61,153 bases of DNA, filler included, from 5 parts of 5 records of this genome joined end to end with filler, not necessarily neighbours in it, one strand, 5' to 3'. Positions 9,175-19,991 are shown, numbered from the whole stretch's first letter. Numbers and translations are program-made. The notes: generated by a model not told the origin, from the letters alone.

Positions 9175-10287
9175 ATGAAAGAAGTGATCACCGTGGCAGA
9201 AAAACTTGCAGAAATTAGAAAAATTTATGAGAAAAAGCGAGATTCATTTGTAAAGTATTCAGAGTATATTAGAGAGCGGGTAAATTATTTACTTATGATT
9301 AATAATATTATGCCTGCCAAGCTTGAGATTAGGGTAAAAGAGGTTCAAAGTTTTATTAACAAAATTGAAAAAAAGAATAATAAGTACAAAGACCCAATTA
9401 ATGAAATGACAGATATTATTGGAATTAGGATAGTAACATATTATAATACTGAAATTGACGAAGTGATTAAATTACTTAAAGAGAATTTTCGTATAGATTA
9501 TGAAAACTCAGCGGATAAAGAAAACGGACTTGATTATGATAGAATGGGTTATTTGTCTGTTCATTATGTATGTCAGTTAAAAGATCAAATGCATATTCAT
9601 GAGAATATAAAGATGGAGATACAGGTTAGAAGTTTACTACAGCATACTTGGGCAGCTATAGACCATAAACTACGGTATAAAACTTTAGTAGAGATTCCTA
9701 AAGATATAAAGAGAAAGCTTTTTAGGCTAAGTGCACTCTTAGAAGTGGCAGACAGTGAGTTTGCTCATATTAAGCATGAAATTGAAATGATGGAGAAATT
9801 TTATGTTAATAAATTTGAAGAGAAAAAATATAATGTAAGAATTGAACTCTCAGCACTAAATTATTATCTAAAATATAATGATGATAGAATTTTTGAAATA
9901 GCAAAAAAATATGATATAGCTAATTTTAAACCATTTGATGTTGCAAAAGAGGAAAAACTTGAGAAAAAACTATTTCACTTTCTCTTAAAGGTAAATAAAC
10001 ATTATATAAGCGATCTTGATACAATGATAAATTTTGTTGATGAAAAAAGTGAAGAAATAATAGCTGAATTGGGAGACGAGATACTTAAAAAATTGAGTTT
10101 CGTAATAAATTCAAGTTGTACTTTTATTATGGCGTTTCTTATTCTTGGATATCTAGATATAGGGAGAGCTAAAAAAATCTATAATTTAGACGATGCAAAT
10201 TTAATCAAAGTACTTCAATTACGTGAAAATATATGGGGAAAAAAAGAGATTAGAGATTTAGTTCCAACTAAAAAAAAGAAAAAGTAG
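9175..10287 (+). CDS. RelA/SpoT synthetase-domain protein (small alarmone synthetase-like) with C-terminal extension
   Basis: RVKEVQSFINK, DIIGIRIV, GYLSVHY, EIQVRSLLQHTWAAIDHKLRYK; no HD/TGS/ACT domains seen. Confidence 0.88.
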   Translation: MKEVITVAEKLAEIRKIYEKKRDSFVKYSEYIRERVNYLLMINNIMPAKLEIRVKEVQSFINKIEKKNNKYKDPINEMTDIIGIRIVTYYNTEIDEVIKLLKENFRIDYENSADKENGLDYDRMGYLSVHYVCQLKDQMHIHENIKMEIQVRSLLQHTWAAIDHKLRYKTLVEIPKDIKRKLFRLSALLEVADSEFAHIKHEIEMMEKFYVNKFEEKKYNVRIELSALNYYLKYNDDRIFEIAKKYDIANFKPFDVAKEEKLEKKLFHFLLKVNKHYISDLDTMINFVDEKSEEIIAELGDEILKKLSFVINSSCTFIMAFLILGYLDIGRAKKIYNLDDANLIKVLQLRENIWGKKEIRDLVPTKKKKK

Positions 10288-10295
10288 ATTATTTG

Positions 10296-10328
10296 AAACA
10301 GGCTAATGAACTCCATTAGCCTGTTTTT
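10296..10328 (+). terminator. intrinsic terminator
   Basis: AAACAGGCTAATG-aactc-CATTAGCCTGTTTTT. Confidence 0.85.
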
Positions 10329-10484
10329 ATGTTACAGAGAAAAATTTCATATCTAAAAGTTTCGACTTAAATAATCTAAATATGATATAATTAAAGTTAG
10401 AGTTGAATGAAAAAAGATTGGTTATGATTTTTTATGATCGCTTTATTCTTTTTGACTAACAAAAATCCGTGAGAGGGGAAAGTT

Positions 10485-11519
10485 ATGAGAACAAAAGGTT
10501 TTTTAACTAGATTTTTATTTATCATATCATTAGCGATGTCTACAATGTTTTTGGACTATTTTTACAATGATCTAAAAATGGATCTGTTTTTTATAGGTTT
10601 ATCAATGTTATTTCCTTTATCGATGCATCTTGATAGAATTGAGGATGTAAAAATGAGGGAGACACTGCTACCGATAGCCGGACAAGTAGTATTTCTATAT
10701 ATTTATTTACTTTATACACTGCCTGTAATGTTTGTATTGAGTAAAATTATGCCTATAAATATTAACTATATTTGGGGAGTTTATTTGCTAATAGCGATAT
10801 ATTCACATTTGAATTATAGAAATTTTCAGATTAAAAAATATGAAATAAAAAGTAATAAAATTAACGGGAAGAAAAAAATTGTATTTTTCTCAGATGTTCA
10901 TTTAAATGAATTTTCCAGAATATCAAGAATTGAATCTTTAGTTGATGAAATAAACTCACTAGAAGCCGATATCGTAATTAATGGCGGGGATTTAATTGAT
11001 TCATATTCACACTTAGTTTCAAAAGAAGTGAAAGATATTCTAAAAAAAATAAAGTGTAAGAAAAAGTTTATCGGAGTGATGGGGAATCATGAACATCATG
11101 GAAATGCAGGTGAAAATAGAAAGTTTTTTAAAGAGATTGGGATGCATTTGTTAGAAGAGAAGCATTATAAAGAAAATGGAATCGTAATAGTAGGTAGGGC
11201 ACTATATAAAGAAGAAAGAGAAAGTATAGAAAATCTAAAGTTAGATAATGAGAAATTTATGATCAATATCGATCATGTACCAGCCAAGTTCGATCAAAGT
11301 ATAAATGCCGGAGTTGATTTGAATTTATCGGGGCATACTCATGCCGGGCAGTTTTTTCCTATAAATTTTCTATATAAATTACTTTATCCTATGTTATATG
11401 GATATAAAAAACTTCAGGGTATGCATATAATAGTAACGAGCGGTTTTGGTTCTTCATTTATTCCGTTTAGAAATTTAAATAGACCTGAAATAGTGTATCT
11501 TGAGTTATCGAGTGAATAG
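10485..11519 (+). CDS. membrane-anchored calcineurin-like metallophosphoesterase
   Basis: N-terminal TMs; SDVH, GGDLID, GNHE, DH, SGHTHAGQ. Confidence 0.9.
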   Translation: MRTKGFLTRFLFIISLAMSTMFLDYFYNDLKMDLFFIGLSMLFPLSMHLDRIEDVKMRETLLPIAGQVVFLYIYLLYTLPVMFVLSKIMPININYIWGVYLLIAIYSHLNYRNFQIKKYEIKSNKINGKKKIVFFSDVHLNEFSRISRIESLVDEINSLEADIVINGGDLIDSYSHLVSKEVKDILKKIKCKKKFIGVMGNHEHHGNAGENRKFFKEIGMHLLEEKHYKENGIVIVGRALYKEERESIENLKLDNEKFMINIDHVPAKFDQSINAGVDLNLSGHTHAGQFFPINFLYKLLYPMLYGYKKLQGMHIIVTSGFGSSFIPFRNLNRPEIVYLELSSE

Positions 11520-11530
11520 ATAACCGCATA

Positions 11531-11727
11531 AGATTGGAAATGACTGAAAATGATCGATCTGTCGAATAAAATGTTTCGAAAGTGATTGTTTTGGAAAGAA
11601 ACGGTATTTTTTAATAAAAAAACTAGGGCTAAAACACCAGTAAAATGGTCGATTTTGATTGAAAAAGAAAAAAGTGATGTTTTTTTGGTCAAAAATGGTT
11701 GATTTTGACTGAAAAAAGTTGTATAAT
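11531..11727 (+). promoter_or_regulatory. fru operon promoter with 10-bp phased DeoR/FruR-type repeats
   Basis: TTGATT(11699)-17bp-TATAAT(11722); TGAYTG/TGGTYG units at 11541, 11551, 11646, 11656, 11686, 11696, 11706. Confidence 0.7.
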
Positions 11728-11746
11728 AAAGTTGAGGTGGAGAAAG

Positions 11747-12487
11747 ATGTTAATTAACAAACGACATGAAAGAATATTGGAAGAAGTAAAAGAACATGAA
11801 ATAATCTCTGTAAAAGAATTGGTAGATGTAACAAACACCTCTGAATCTACAATTAGAAGAGATTTGATGGAACTTGAAAACAAAGATCTTTTAATTAGAG
11901 TTCATGGTGGAGCTCAAAGAATAGATAATAATTTTGAAGCAAGTATTGAAAGCAAAACTACTATTCATTCAGATGAAAAAGAGCATATTGCAAAATACGC
12001 AGCAAGCTTAATAGTGGATGGTGATTATGTATTTTTAGATGCTGGAAGTACAACATTTAGAATAATTAAATATCTTGAGAAAAAAAGAGTTACAGTTGTT
12101 ACAAACGGAATAACTCATTTGCCGGAACTTATAAAATATAAGATCACTACTTATATTATAGGTGGACTAGTTAAAGACAGAACAAGTGCACTGGTAGGAA
12201 AAAGTGCTCATGAATCACTTAGAGAATATCACTTTACGAAAGCATTTATAGGTGTAAATTCATTAAGTATAAAAAGTGGGTATATGACACCAGATCCGGA
12301 AGAAGCGATGATCAAAGAGCTTGCTATTAAAAACTCAGATAGAGTATTTATTTTAGCTGATAGTTCAAAATTTGATAAAAACTCGTTTTGTAAATTTGGA
12401 GAGTTAGATCAGGCAATAATAATTACCGATAAATTATTGAACAAAGAGTATTTAGAAAAAACAGAAGTAAGGGAGTTGGTAGAATGA
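11747..12487 (+). CDS. fruR: DeoR/GlpR-family fructose operon regulator
   Basis: HTH SESTIRRDL, RVHGGA, FLDAGSTT, ADSSKF; ATG 11747 with RBS GAGGTGG. Confidence 0.9.
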   Translation: MLINKRHERILEEVKEHEIISVKELVDVTNTSESTIRRDLMELENKDLLIRVHGGAQRIDNNFEASIESKTTIHSDEKEHIAKYAASLIVDGDYVFLDAGSTTFRIIKYLEKKRVTVVTNGITHLPELIKYKITTYIIGGLVKDRTSALVGKSAHESLREYHFTKAFIGVNSLSIKSGYMTPDPEEAMIKELAIKNSDRVFILADSSKFDKNSFCKFGELDQAIIITDKLLNKEYLEKTEVRELVE

Positions 12488-13398
12488 TTTATACACTGAC
12501 ACTAAATCCTTCTCTTGATTATGTTGTAAAAGTTGAGGAGTTTATAGAAGGGAAGCTTAATTTAACAAAAGAGGAATATAAGCTTGCTGGAGGAAAAGGG
12601 ATTAATGTAAGTCAAGTGCTTAAAAATTTAGGGCATGAATCAAAGGCATTAGGTTATATAGGTGGCTTTACAGGGAAGTTTATAGAGGACTCTCTGAAAG
12701 AAAAAGAGATTCAAACTGATTTTATTCAGGTTGAAGGAGATACTAGAATTAATATTAAAATGAAAAATGGTAAACATGAAACAGAAGTTAATGGTAATTC
12801 ACCTCAGATTAGCAAGGAACATCAATTAGAGCTGTTTGAGAGATTACAACATTTGAATGAGAATGATACTTTAGTTTTGGCAGGAAGTATCCCCAAAACA
12901 TTAGCACAGGATATCTATATTGAGATAATTAAAAATACTCATGATGGCGTTAAAGTCGTTGTAGATACAAGAAACGAAATATTGAAATCTATTTCAAAAT
13001 TAAAACCTTTTCTGGTTAAACCAAATCATCATGAGTTGGAAGAGATATTTGGAGTAGAGCTTAATGGAATAGATGAAATAATAGAGTATGGAAAAAAATT
13101 AAAAGAGTTAGGGCCTGAAAATGTAGTGGTTTCGATGGCTGGCGACGGAGCAATTTTAATTAATGAAAAAGGTGTGTATGTGTCAAATGTACCAAAAGGG
13201 ACTGTGAAAAATTCAGTTGGAGCTGGCGATTCATTGGTAGCAGGTTTTGTTGGAGCGATAGAGGATAATAAAGATGTAGTTGAAGCTTTTATGCAAGGGA
13301 TCGCGTCGGGAAGTGCAACAGCATTTTCAGAAGGACTTTGTACGAAAGAGTTCGTGGAGAGTTTGTTAGAAGAGATAGAAATAAAAGAAGTAAAATAG
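12484..13398 (+). CDS. fruK: 1-phosphofructokinase (PfkB family)
   Basis: MIYTLTLNPSLDY, GGKGINVS, KPNHHEL, NSVGAGDS. Confidence 0.93.
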   Translation: MIYTLTLNPSLDYVVKVEEFIEGKLNLTKEEYKLAGGKGINVSQVLKNLGHESKALGYIGGFTGKFIEDSLKEKEIQTDFIQVEGDTRINIKMKNGKHETEVNGNSPQISKEHQLELFERLQHLNENDTLVLAGSIPKTLAQDIYIEIIKNTHDGVKVVVDTRNEILKSISKLKPFLVKPNHHELEEIFGVELNGIDEIIEYGKKLKELGPENVVVSMAGDGAILINEKGVYVSNVPKGTVKNSVGAGDSLVAGFVGAIEDNKDVVEAFMQGIASGSATAFSEGLCTKEFVESLLEEIEIKEVK

Positions 13399-13554
13399 AA
13401 TACGGAAATTTCAGATGGCAATAAGGAAGTGCATAATAATTTAAATTAAATCATTTTAGTTAAATAATAATGCTTTTAAGTTGCCTAATCTTTTAGGTGT
13501 ATAGTTTGATAATTAAATTATTTGATATTAAAATTAAGAAGAGGTGATAGTTAA

Positions 13555-15441
13555 ATGAGAATAACAGATTTATTGAGTATTGAGACTATGAATTTAGATT
13601 TGAATGCAAGCTCAAAAAAAGAAGTTATTGATGAAATGGTCGATTTGCTAGACAAAGCTGGAAGATTAAATAACAAAGCAGAGTATAAGAAGCAAATTTG
13701 GGCAAGAGAGAATCAATCATCAACTGGTCTTGAAGAGGGAATAGCAATACCGCATGCAAAAACTGCAGCAGTTAAAATTCCTTCGCTGGCATTTGGTTTA
13801 TCAAAATCCGGAGTTGATTTTGATGCTTTAGATGAAGAAGATTCTACAATTTTCTTTATGATTGCAGCATCAGCGGATGCAACTGACTCACATATTGAAA
13901 CTTTATCAAGATTAACAACTTACTTATTGGATGATGATTTTAGAGAAGAATTATTGAAAGTTAAAACTAAACAACAAGTTTTAGATTTGATTAATAAAAA
14001 AGAAAGTGGTGATGAAGAAGTGGCAGGAGGTAGTTCAATGAAAAATGAATTTATAGTTGCTGTAACAGCGTGTCCTACAGGAATAGCTCATACTTATATG
14101 GCTGCAAACTCTCTGAAAGAAAAGGGAGAAAAATTAGGAGTAGAGATTAAAGTTGAAACTAATGGATCAGTTGGTGTTAAAAACGCTCTTACAAAAGAAG
14201 ATATTAAAAGAGCAACAGCAGTTATTGTAGCAGCTGACAAAAAAGTTGAAATGACAAGATTTGACGGAAAACATGTAATTGAAGTTCCTGTAGTTGAAGG
14301 AATAAAAAACGGAGAAGCTTTAATTAAGAGAGCTTTGGATCAAGATGCACCTGTGTATAAAGCAGGAGAGTATGCAAAAGCTGAAGCTGAAGAGGAAAAT
14401 GTTCATCCTGTTAAAAAGTATTTTTATAAACCATTAATGAATGGTGTATCGAATATGTTACCGTTTGTTGTTGGTGGAGGAATATTAATTGCGATTTCAT
14501 TTATGTTTGGAATAAAAGCATTTGATGCAAGTGATCCATCTTTCCATCCATTTGCAAAATTTTTAATGGATATCGGTGGAGGAGGAGCATTTAGTTTAAT
14601 GATTCCTATCTTGGCTGGATTTATCGGAATGGCAATAGCTGACAGACCTGCATTTATGCCTGCGATGGTTGCTGGTTTAATGGCTAAAAACTCTGGCGGA
14701 GGATTCTTAGGTGGATTGATTGCTGGTTTCCTAGCTGGTTATGTAATTATTGGACTTAAAAAAGCTTTGGTAGGATTACCTGATGCACTTGAAGGATTAA
14801 AACCTGTACTTATCTTCCCATTACTTGGATTATTTATTACCGGTGGATTAATGACGTTATTATTAGGGCCTGTAGCTGGAATCAATAATGCTATGGCAGA
14901 TTTCTTAAATAATATGGGAACTGGAAACATGTTATTATTAGGTGTTGTTCTTGGTGGAATGATGGCTGTAGATATGGGAGGACCTGTAAATAAGGCAGCA
15001 TTTACATTTGGAATAGCTATGATTGATGCAGGAAATTTTGCACCACATGCAGCTGTAATGGCTGGAGGAATGGTACCACCATTAGCAATTGCATTAGCAA
15101 CAACAATCTTTAAGAATAAATTTACTGTAGCTGAGAAAGAGAGTGGACTAACTAACTATGTAATGGGAGCTTCATTTATTACAGAGGGTGCAATACCATT
15201 TGCAGCAGCAGATCCAGTAAGAGTAATACCGGCTTGTATCCTTGGTTCAGGAGTAGCTGGAGGATTAGCAATGATGTTTGGATGTACGCTACCTGCTCCA
15301 CATGGAGGATTATTCGTACTACCTGTAATTGGAAATTGGCCGATGTACCTAGTTGCTGTAATAGCAGGATCAGTATTAACGGCGGTTATTATCGGTGTGA
15401 CAAAACCAACTGTTGATGAAGCAAAAGCAGTAAGAGCTTAA
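13555..15441 (+). CDS. fruA: PTS fructose-specific EIIABC
   Basis: EIIA IAIPHAK, EIIB TACPTGIAHTYMAA, EIIC DMGGPVNKAA/ITEGAIPFAA. Confidence 0.95.
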   Translation: MRITDLLSIETMNLDLNASSKKEVIDEMVDLLDKAGRLNNKAEYKKQIWARENQSSTGLEEGIAIPHAKTAAVKIPSLAFGLSKSGVDFDALDEEDSTIFFMIAASADATDSHIETLSRLTTYLLDDDFREELLKVKTKQQVLDLINKKESGDEEVAGGSSMKNEFIVAVTACPTGIAHTYMAANSLKEKGEKLGVEIKVETNGSVGVKNALTKEDIKRATAVIVAADKKVEMTRFDGKHVIEVPVVEGIKNGEALIKRALDQDAPVYKAGEYAKAEAEEENVHPVKKYFYKPLMNGVSNMLPFVVGGGILIAISFMFGIKAFDASDPSFHPFAKFLMDIGGGGAFSLMIPILAGFIGMAIADRPAFMPAMVAGLMAKNSGGGFLGGLIAGFLAGYVIIGLKKALVGLPDALEGLKPVLIFPLLGLFITGGLMTLLLGPVAGINNAMADFLNNMGTGNMLLLGVVLGGMMAVDMGGPVNKAAFTFGIAMIDAGNFAPHAAVMAGGMVPPLAIALATTIFKNKFTVAEKESGLTNYVMGASFITEGAIPFAAADPVRVIPACILGSGVAGGLAMMFGCTLPAPHGGLFVLPVIGNWPMYLVAVIAGSVLTAVIIGVTKPTVDEAKAVRA

Positions 15442-15491
15442 TTTAAATAAAAACAAAATAAATAACAAGTTTGCCAAGTCTTGTTAGATTT

Positions 15492-15519
15492 AAAAGCGGA
15501 GAGAAATCTCCGCTTTTTT
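15492..15519 (+). terminator. intrinsic terminator after fruA
   Basis: AAAAGCGGAGA-gaaa-TCTCCGCTTTTTT. Confidence 0.85.
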
Positions 15520-15598
15520 AAATTGCTATAATTAATAAAAACAAGTATAATTAAGTGGTGTGAGTAAATAGAATTAAATAAAAAATAAGGGTGAAGAA

Positions 15599-15892
15599 AT
15601 GAATAATATAAGTTTAAAAGAGCTTCAAGAGTATATTAAAAATAAAGACTATAAACCTGAGCTTAAACATGCTTATTTTCTGAAATTAATCGAAGAGACA
15701 GGTGAGTTGTCTGAAGTTATTAGAAAAGATAAACGAATGGGAAAAAGTAAAAATATAAAAGGAACGATAGAGGAAGAACTCTATGATGTACTTTATTATA
15801 CATTGGCGCTTGCAAATGTATATGATGTTGATCTAACGGAAGCATTTGAATTAAAAGAGCAAATAAATAAAGAAAAATATTCAGATAAATAG
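15599..15892 (+). CDS. MazG-like nucleotide pyrophosphohydrolase
   Basis: KLIEETGELSEVIRK...EEELYDVLYY..ALAN. Confidence 0.88.
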   Translation: MNNISLKELQEYIKNKDYKPELKHAYFLKLIEETGELSEVIRKDKRMGKSKNIKGTIEEELYDVLYYTLALANVYDVDLTEAFELKEQINKEKYSDK

Positions 15893-15897
15893 GAGTT

Positions 15898-16518
15898 ATG
15901 ATGATAGAATTTAAGAATATAAATTTAAAATTTAGTGATAAAATAATTTTTGAGAATTTTAATTTAAAAATAGAAAAAAACGAAAAAGCAATATTTAATT
16001 CTCCGTCAGGAAGAGGAAAATCCTTGCTTTTAAAAATGTTATTAGGATTTATTAAACCAGACAGCGGAGAAATAAATATTGACGGAAAAAAACTGGATAA
16101 ACATAGTATAAAAGAATTTAGAAAAAGAATTGCGTATGTAAGTCAGGGAGTTGAATTGAGAAAGATACCGGTAAAACAATTTTTTGATGAAATATTTGAA
16201 CTCAAAAATAATAGACATCGTTCAATTGAAACTAATGAAATTGAATCGATTTTAACTGAATTGAACTTAGAAAGAGGAATACTTCATGAAAATATAAAAG
16301 CAATTTCCGGAGGAGAGAGACAGAGAGTTGCAATAACTGCAATGTTACTTCTTAATAAAGAGATACTTATTTTAGATGAAGTTACTTCTGCACTTGAAAA
16401 AGATTTAAAGAAAAAAGTTGTTAATTATATTTTGAGTTTAGATAAAACAGTACTTGCTATCTCACATGATGAAGAATGGACAAGTAACGAGCAAAAAGTA
16501 AAGGTTGTGAGTTGGTAA
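15898..16518 (+). CDS. ABC ATP-binding protein (FetA/YbbL-like)
   Basis: SPSGRGKS, ISGGERQR, ILDEVTSAL, ISHD; next to a FetB-like permease. Confidence 0.85.
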   Translation: MMIEFKNINLKFSDKIIFENFNLKIEKNEKAIFNSPSGRGKSLLLKMLLGFIKPDSGEINIDGKKLDKHSIKEFRKRIAYVSQGVELRKIPVKQFFDEIFELKNNRHRSIETNEIESILTELNLERGILHENIKAISGGERQRVAITAMLLLNKEILILDEVTSALEKDLKKKVVNYILSLDKTVLAISHDEEWTSNEQKVKVVSW

Positions 16519-16519
16519 A

Positions 16520-17305
16520 ATGACAGTTGATATTTCAATATTTTCACTTTTAATGTTTCTTTTAATGCTTATACCGGTTATACTATTTGATAAATATTAT
16601 AAATTTGGTTTTACAAATAACTTGTTTATTTCTGTAGCCAGAATGTTTATTCAACTTTTTGCTGTTGGACTTTATCTTCAATATATTTTTAAGTTAAATA
16701 ATGCTTTGGTAAATCTTCTCTATATACTTATTATGATTATGATTGCCTCGACAGCGGTAATTAATTCAAATAAACTTGTGCTAAAAAAGTTTATTGTTCC
16801 AATTTTTTTCTCAATATTGCTTCCACAGTTTTTAGTATTAATGTTCTTTAATTTCTTTGTTGTAAGGCTTGATAACTTGTTTGAAGCAAAATATATGATA
16901 ACCGTTGGCGGGATGTTATTAGGGAATTGCTTAAGTGGAAATATAATAAGTTTAAATACTTTTTACCATGGCTTAAAAGATGATGAGGCCACATATTTAT
17001 ATACAATAGCTTTAGGAGCAACTAAAAAAGAAGCTCTGAAAACCTACTTGATAAAAGCTGTGAATGCTTCTACTATTCCATCGATAGCAGGAATGGCAAC
17101 AATTGGACTTGTTTCACTTCCCGGAATGATGACAGGGCAAATATTAGGAGGTTCACTTCCTATTACAGCTATAAAATATCAAATAGCCATTATGATCGCT
17201 ATTTTTCTTGCAAAATTTTATAGTGTATTACTTTCAATTTATTTTACCAGTATAACTGCATTTGATGATTACGATGTACTAAAAAAAGATCTGTTTAAAA
17301 AATAA
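16520..17305 (+). CDS. fetB: ABC permease, FetB/YbbM (UPF0014) family
   Basis: RMFIQL, GMLLGN, GLVSLPGMMTGQILGGSLPITAIKYQIAIM. Confidence 0.88.
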   Translation: MTVDISIFSLLMFLLMLIPVILFDKYYKFGFTNNLFISVARMFIQLFAVGLYLQYIFKLNNALVNLLYILIMIMIASTAVINSNKLVLKKFIVPIFFSILLPQFLVLMFFNFFVVRLDNLFEAKYMITVGGMLLGNCLSGNIISLNTFYHGLKDDEATYLYTIALGATKKEALKTYLIKAVNASTIPSIAGMATIGLVSLPGMMTGQILGGSLPITAIKYQIAIMIAIFLAKFYSVLLSIYFTSITAFDDYDVLKKDLFKK

Positions 17306-17320
17306 AAATATTAATATAAG

Positions 17321-17350
17321 AAAATACCGCAAAATTAATTGCGGTATTTT
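17321..17350. terminator. bidirectional terminator between convergent genes
   Basis: AAAATACCGCAA-aattaa-TTGCGGTATTTT. Confidence 0.75.
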
Positions 17351-17444
17351 CATTTCCAAATTTGTGTTCACTCAAATTGGAAAATTATTTTAAAAGACTA
17401 AAAGCGTTATTTATTAGTTCACGGGATATAAAAATTAGAGTTAA

Positions 17445-18356
17445 TTATTTAACTTTAAATCCGATCTTAACTTCCATCTCGTTACCTGTTCTTGTAGTTG
17501 ATGGATCAGAATCTTTTGAATCACTATAAATATAATTTACAGCTTCGTATGAAACAGCTGCATGCCAAGAGAAGTTATCGTTTACAGTTTTGTTATATTT
17601 AACTACTGGTTCGATATGGGCATCAACTGAAACAGCTTCAGTATCTGGAGTATAGTACGCTTCTACGAAGTTTTCAACTGCAAATGTAACACCTTCAGAA
17701 AGTGGTAATGAATAAGTTAAAGTTGCATCTGTTCCAGCTTGATAATCATATTCATCCTCTCCGCTATCATAGTAGTTGAAGTTATATACAGATAAATCTA
17801 AGCTTAAGTTATCAGTTAAAGAAGTACTTGCATAGAAGTTTGCTTCAACTCCACTGATGTCTTTCATATCGCCATCGATTGCGTCTCCACCAGCTTGTGC
17901 CCATAATTCAGCGGTTAAGCTAACATCTTTTCCAGCAACTTCTACACTTTTACTGAAATTAGGTGCGAAAATATATTGAACTGTTTCGCTTGATCTTTCT
18001 GCTGAATCTACATCCCAACTTGCATCATATCTTAATAAGTAGTAGTTAGTTAGATCCCATCCTGCAAAACCTTCTGCTGATTGAGAGAAACCAAATTGAG
18101 TATCCCATCCTTCAGTTTCAGAACCACTTGATGTTGTAAAATCTTTATCTATATCAAATAAGAATTTGAAAGAATCGTTAATTTTATATGAACCTTTTGC
18201 AACTGTCCATTCAGTTTTTTCAGTTCCACCATCATAATCGTTAAGTACTACTTCGTTAGTTAAAGAACCTAATTCTCCAGCAAATACACTTGTTCCTACT
18301 ATTGATAAACCAGCTATTAATACAGCTAGGTTTTTGTTAAAATATCTTTTCATCAT
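17445..18356 (-). CDS. outer-membrane beta-barrel/porin-like protein (OmpG/KdgM-like)
   Basis: Signal peptide ending VFA, alternating amphipathic strands, acidic loops, C-terminal IGFKVK. Confidence 0.65.
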   Translation of the reverse strand: MMKRYFNKNLAVLIAGLSIVGTSVFAGELGSLTNEVVLNDYDGGTEKTEWTVAKGSYKINDSFKFLFDIDKDFTTSSGSETEGWDTQFGFSQSAEGFAGWDLTNYYLLRYDASWDVDSAERSSETVQYIFAPNFSKSVEVAGKDVSLTAELWAQAGGDAIDGDMKDISGVEANFYASTSLTDNLSLDLSVYNFNYYDSGEDEYDYQAGTDATLTYSLPLSEGVTFAVENFVEAYYTPDTEAVSVDAHIEPVVKYNKTVNDNFSWHAAVSYEAVNYIYSDSKDSDPSTTRTGNEMEVKIGFKVK

Positions 18357-19080
18357 AAATCTCCTTTTTTTCTCATCTATATTTTTTTAAATTAACTCAA
18401 AATCGATTTTGAAAGTCGTTACTCATGACTGACAAGAGAAATTGTAGTTTTATAATCTTAAAATTTCCTTAGAAAATTCGAAAATGGTACTATTGGAGCA
18501 GGACTAGAGTTGATAAAAAGTTCGAATTTAAAACATAAAATCAGAAGATTGTATATTCAGAATATGATAATGTCTGGAAAGATAAAAAATATCATGAGGC
18601 TAAAAGTTATATAAAAAAATCTTAATAAAATAAAAGTCGCTGATATAAAATGACATAAAGAACAAAAACGTATTCATAAAACATATAAGAAAGATATAAT
18701 ATTTAAATGTTTTGATTCTGTAAAAGTAATAACATTATTAAATTCTCATATGATTGTTTACAGAGATGAAGTATGTAAAATGATAGATAAATAAAAAACA
18801 TATGTTTTGAAACGGGAAAATAAAATTAAAGTTGAGTCGAAAAATATTAAAAAGTAATTAAAATTAGAAAAAACTTAAAATTGGATGTTTTACACTTTTC
18901 AAGTGTACTAATAAAGAAAATGTGCTAAAAAGAGAGTTTTTTTAATAAAAATACATTTGTTTATATCTGTAATAGACAAGGAAGAAGGAAGTATCGGTGG
19001 TATAATACAAATAGGTCGGTTTAGTTGCGCTTGCGAACATATATTTTAATTTGATTATATTATAAGAGGAGGATTGAATT

Positions 19081-19827
19081 ATGAAAAAATCACTATTATT
19101 TTTAATTTTTTTGTTTATTGTGACAACATCATTTTCAAATGTAAATAATTTAATTATGCGAACTGAAGAATATCCGCCATACAATTATACTGAAAGTGAA
19201 GAAATAAAAGGAATATTTCCAGATATTCTTGAATATTTATTAAAAGAAGTAGGTTCTGATCTAGGAAAAGAAAATATGAAAGTTTTACCCTGGGCAAGAG
19301 CGTATAACTTAACTCTACAAAATAAAAATTCAATGCTTTTTTCCATAACTTATACTGAGCAAAGAAAACCTTTATTTAAATGGGTTGGTCCTATTATTGG
19401 AGCAAGAGTAGTTCTTTTTGCAAAAAAAAATAGAAAAATTAAAATAAAAGATGTTTCTGAACTTGAATACTATAAAATCGGAGTTATAACTGAAGATGTA
19501 GGGGAGCAACTTTTAAAAGATGCCGGAATAGATCCTTTGATACTTGAACATACACCCAAAGCGATGAGTAATGTCATGAAGCTTAAGCATGGAAGAATTG
19601 ATATGTGGGCTTATGGAGAAAATGTAGGTAAATGGTTTCTAAAACAATACTCAGGAGATGTTTCGGATTACGAAGTGGTTTATACTTTGAAAGAAGGACA
19701 TATGTATATAGCTTTTAATACGAACACTCCAGATGAAGTAATTAATAAATTTCAAAAAGCAGTTGAAAAACTAAAAACAGAAGATATACATATCTATAAT
19801 AAGATTATTAATAAATACCTTAATTAA
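19081..19827 (+). CDS. periplasmic substrate-binding protein (family 3-like)
   Basis: Signal peptide, TEEYPPYNY, LPWARAY, TEQRKPLFKWVGPI, GRIDMW. Confidence 0.85.
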   Translation: MKKSLLFLIFLFIVTTSFSNVNNLIMRTEEYPPYNYTESEEIKGIFPDILEYLLKEVGSDLGKENMKVLPWARAYNLTLQNKNSMLFSITYTEQRKPLFKWVGPIIGARVVLFAKKNRKIKIKDVSELEYYKIGVITEDVGEQLLKDAGIDPLILEHTPKAMSNVMKLKHGRIDMWAYGENVGKWFLKQYSGDVSDYEVVYTLKEGHMYIAFNTNTPDEVINKFQKAVEKLKTEDIHIYNKIINKYLN

Positions 19828-19991
19828 AATATTAATTTTGAATAAAAACTAGCAATGAGTTGAGTCCTGAAAACGAGGGCTCAATTTTTATATAACTCAG
19901 AATAGATTAGTAAAATTATATTTATTATTAAAATAAATATAATTTATGACGATAAATAAGTATAAAGGATAAATAAAACTTACAAACTGAA

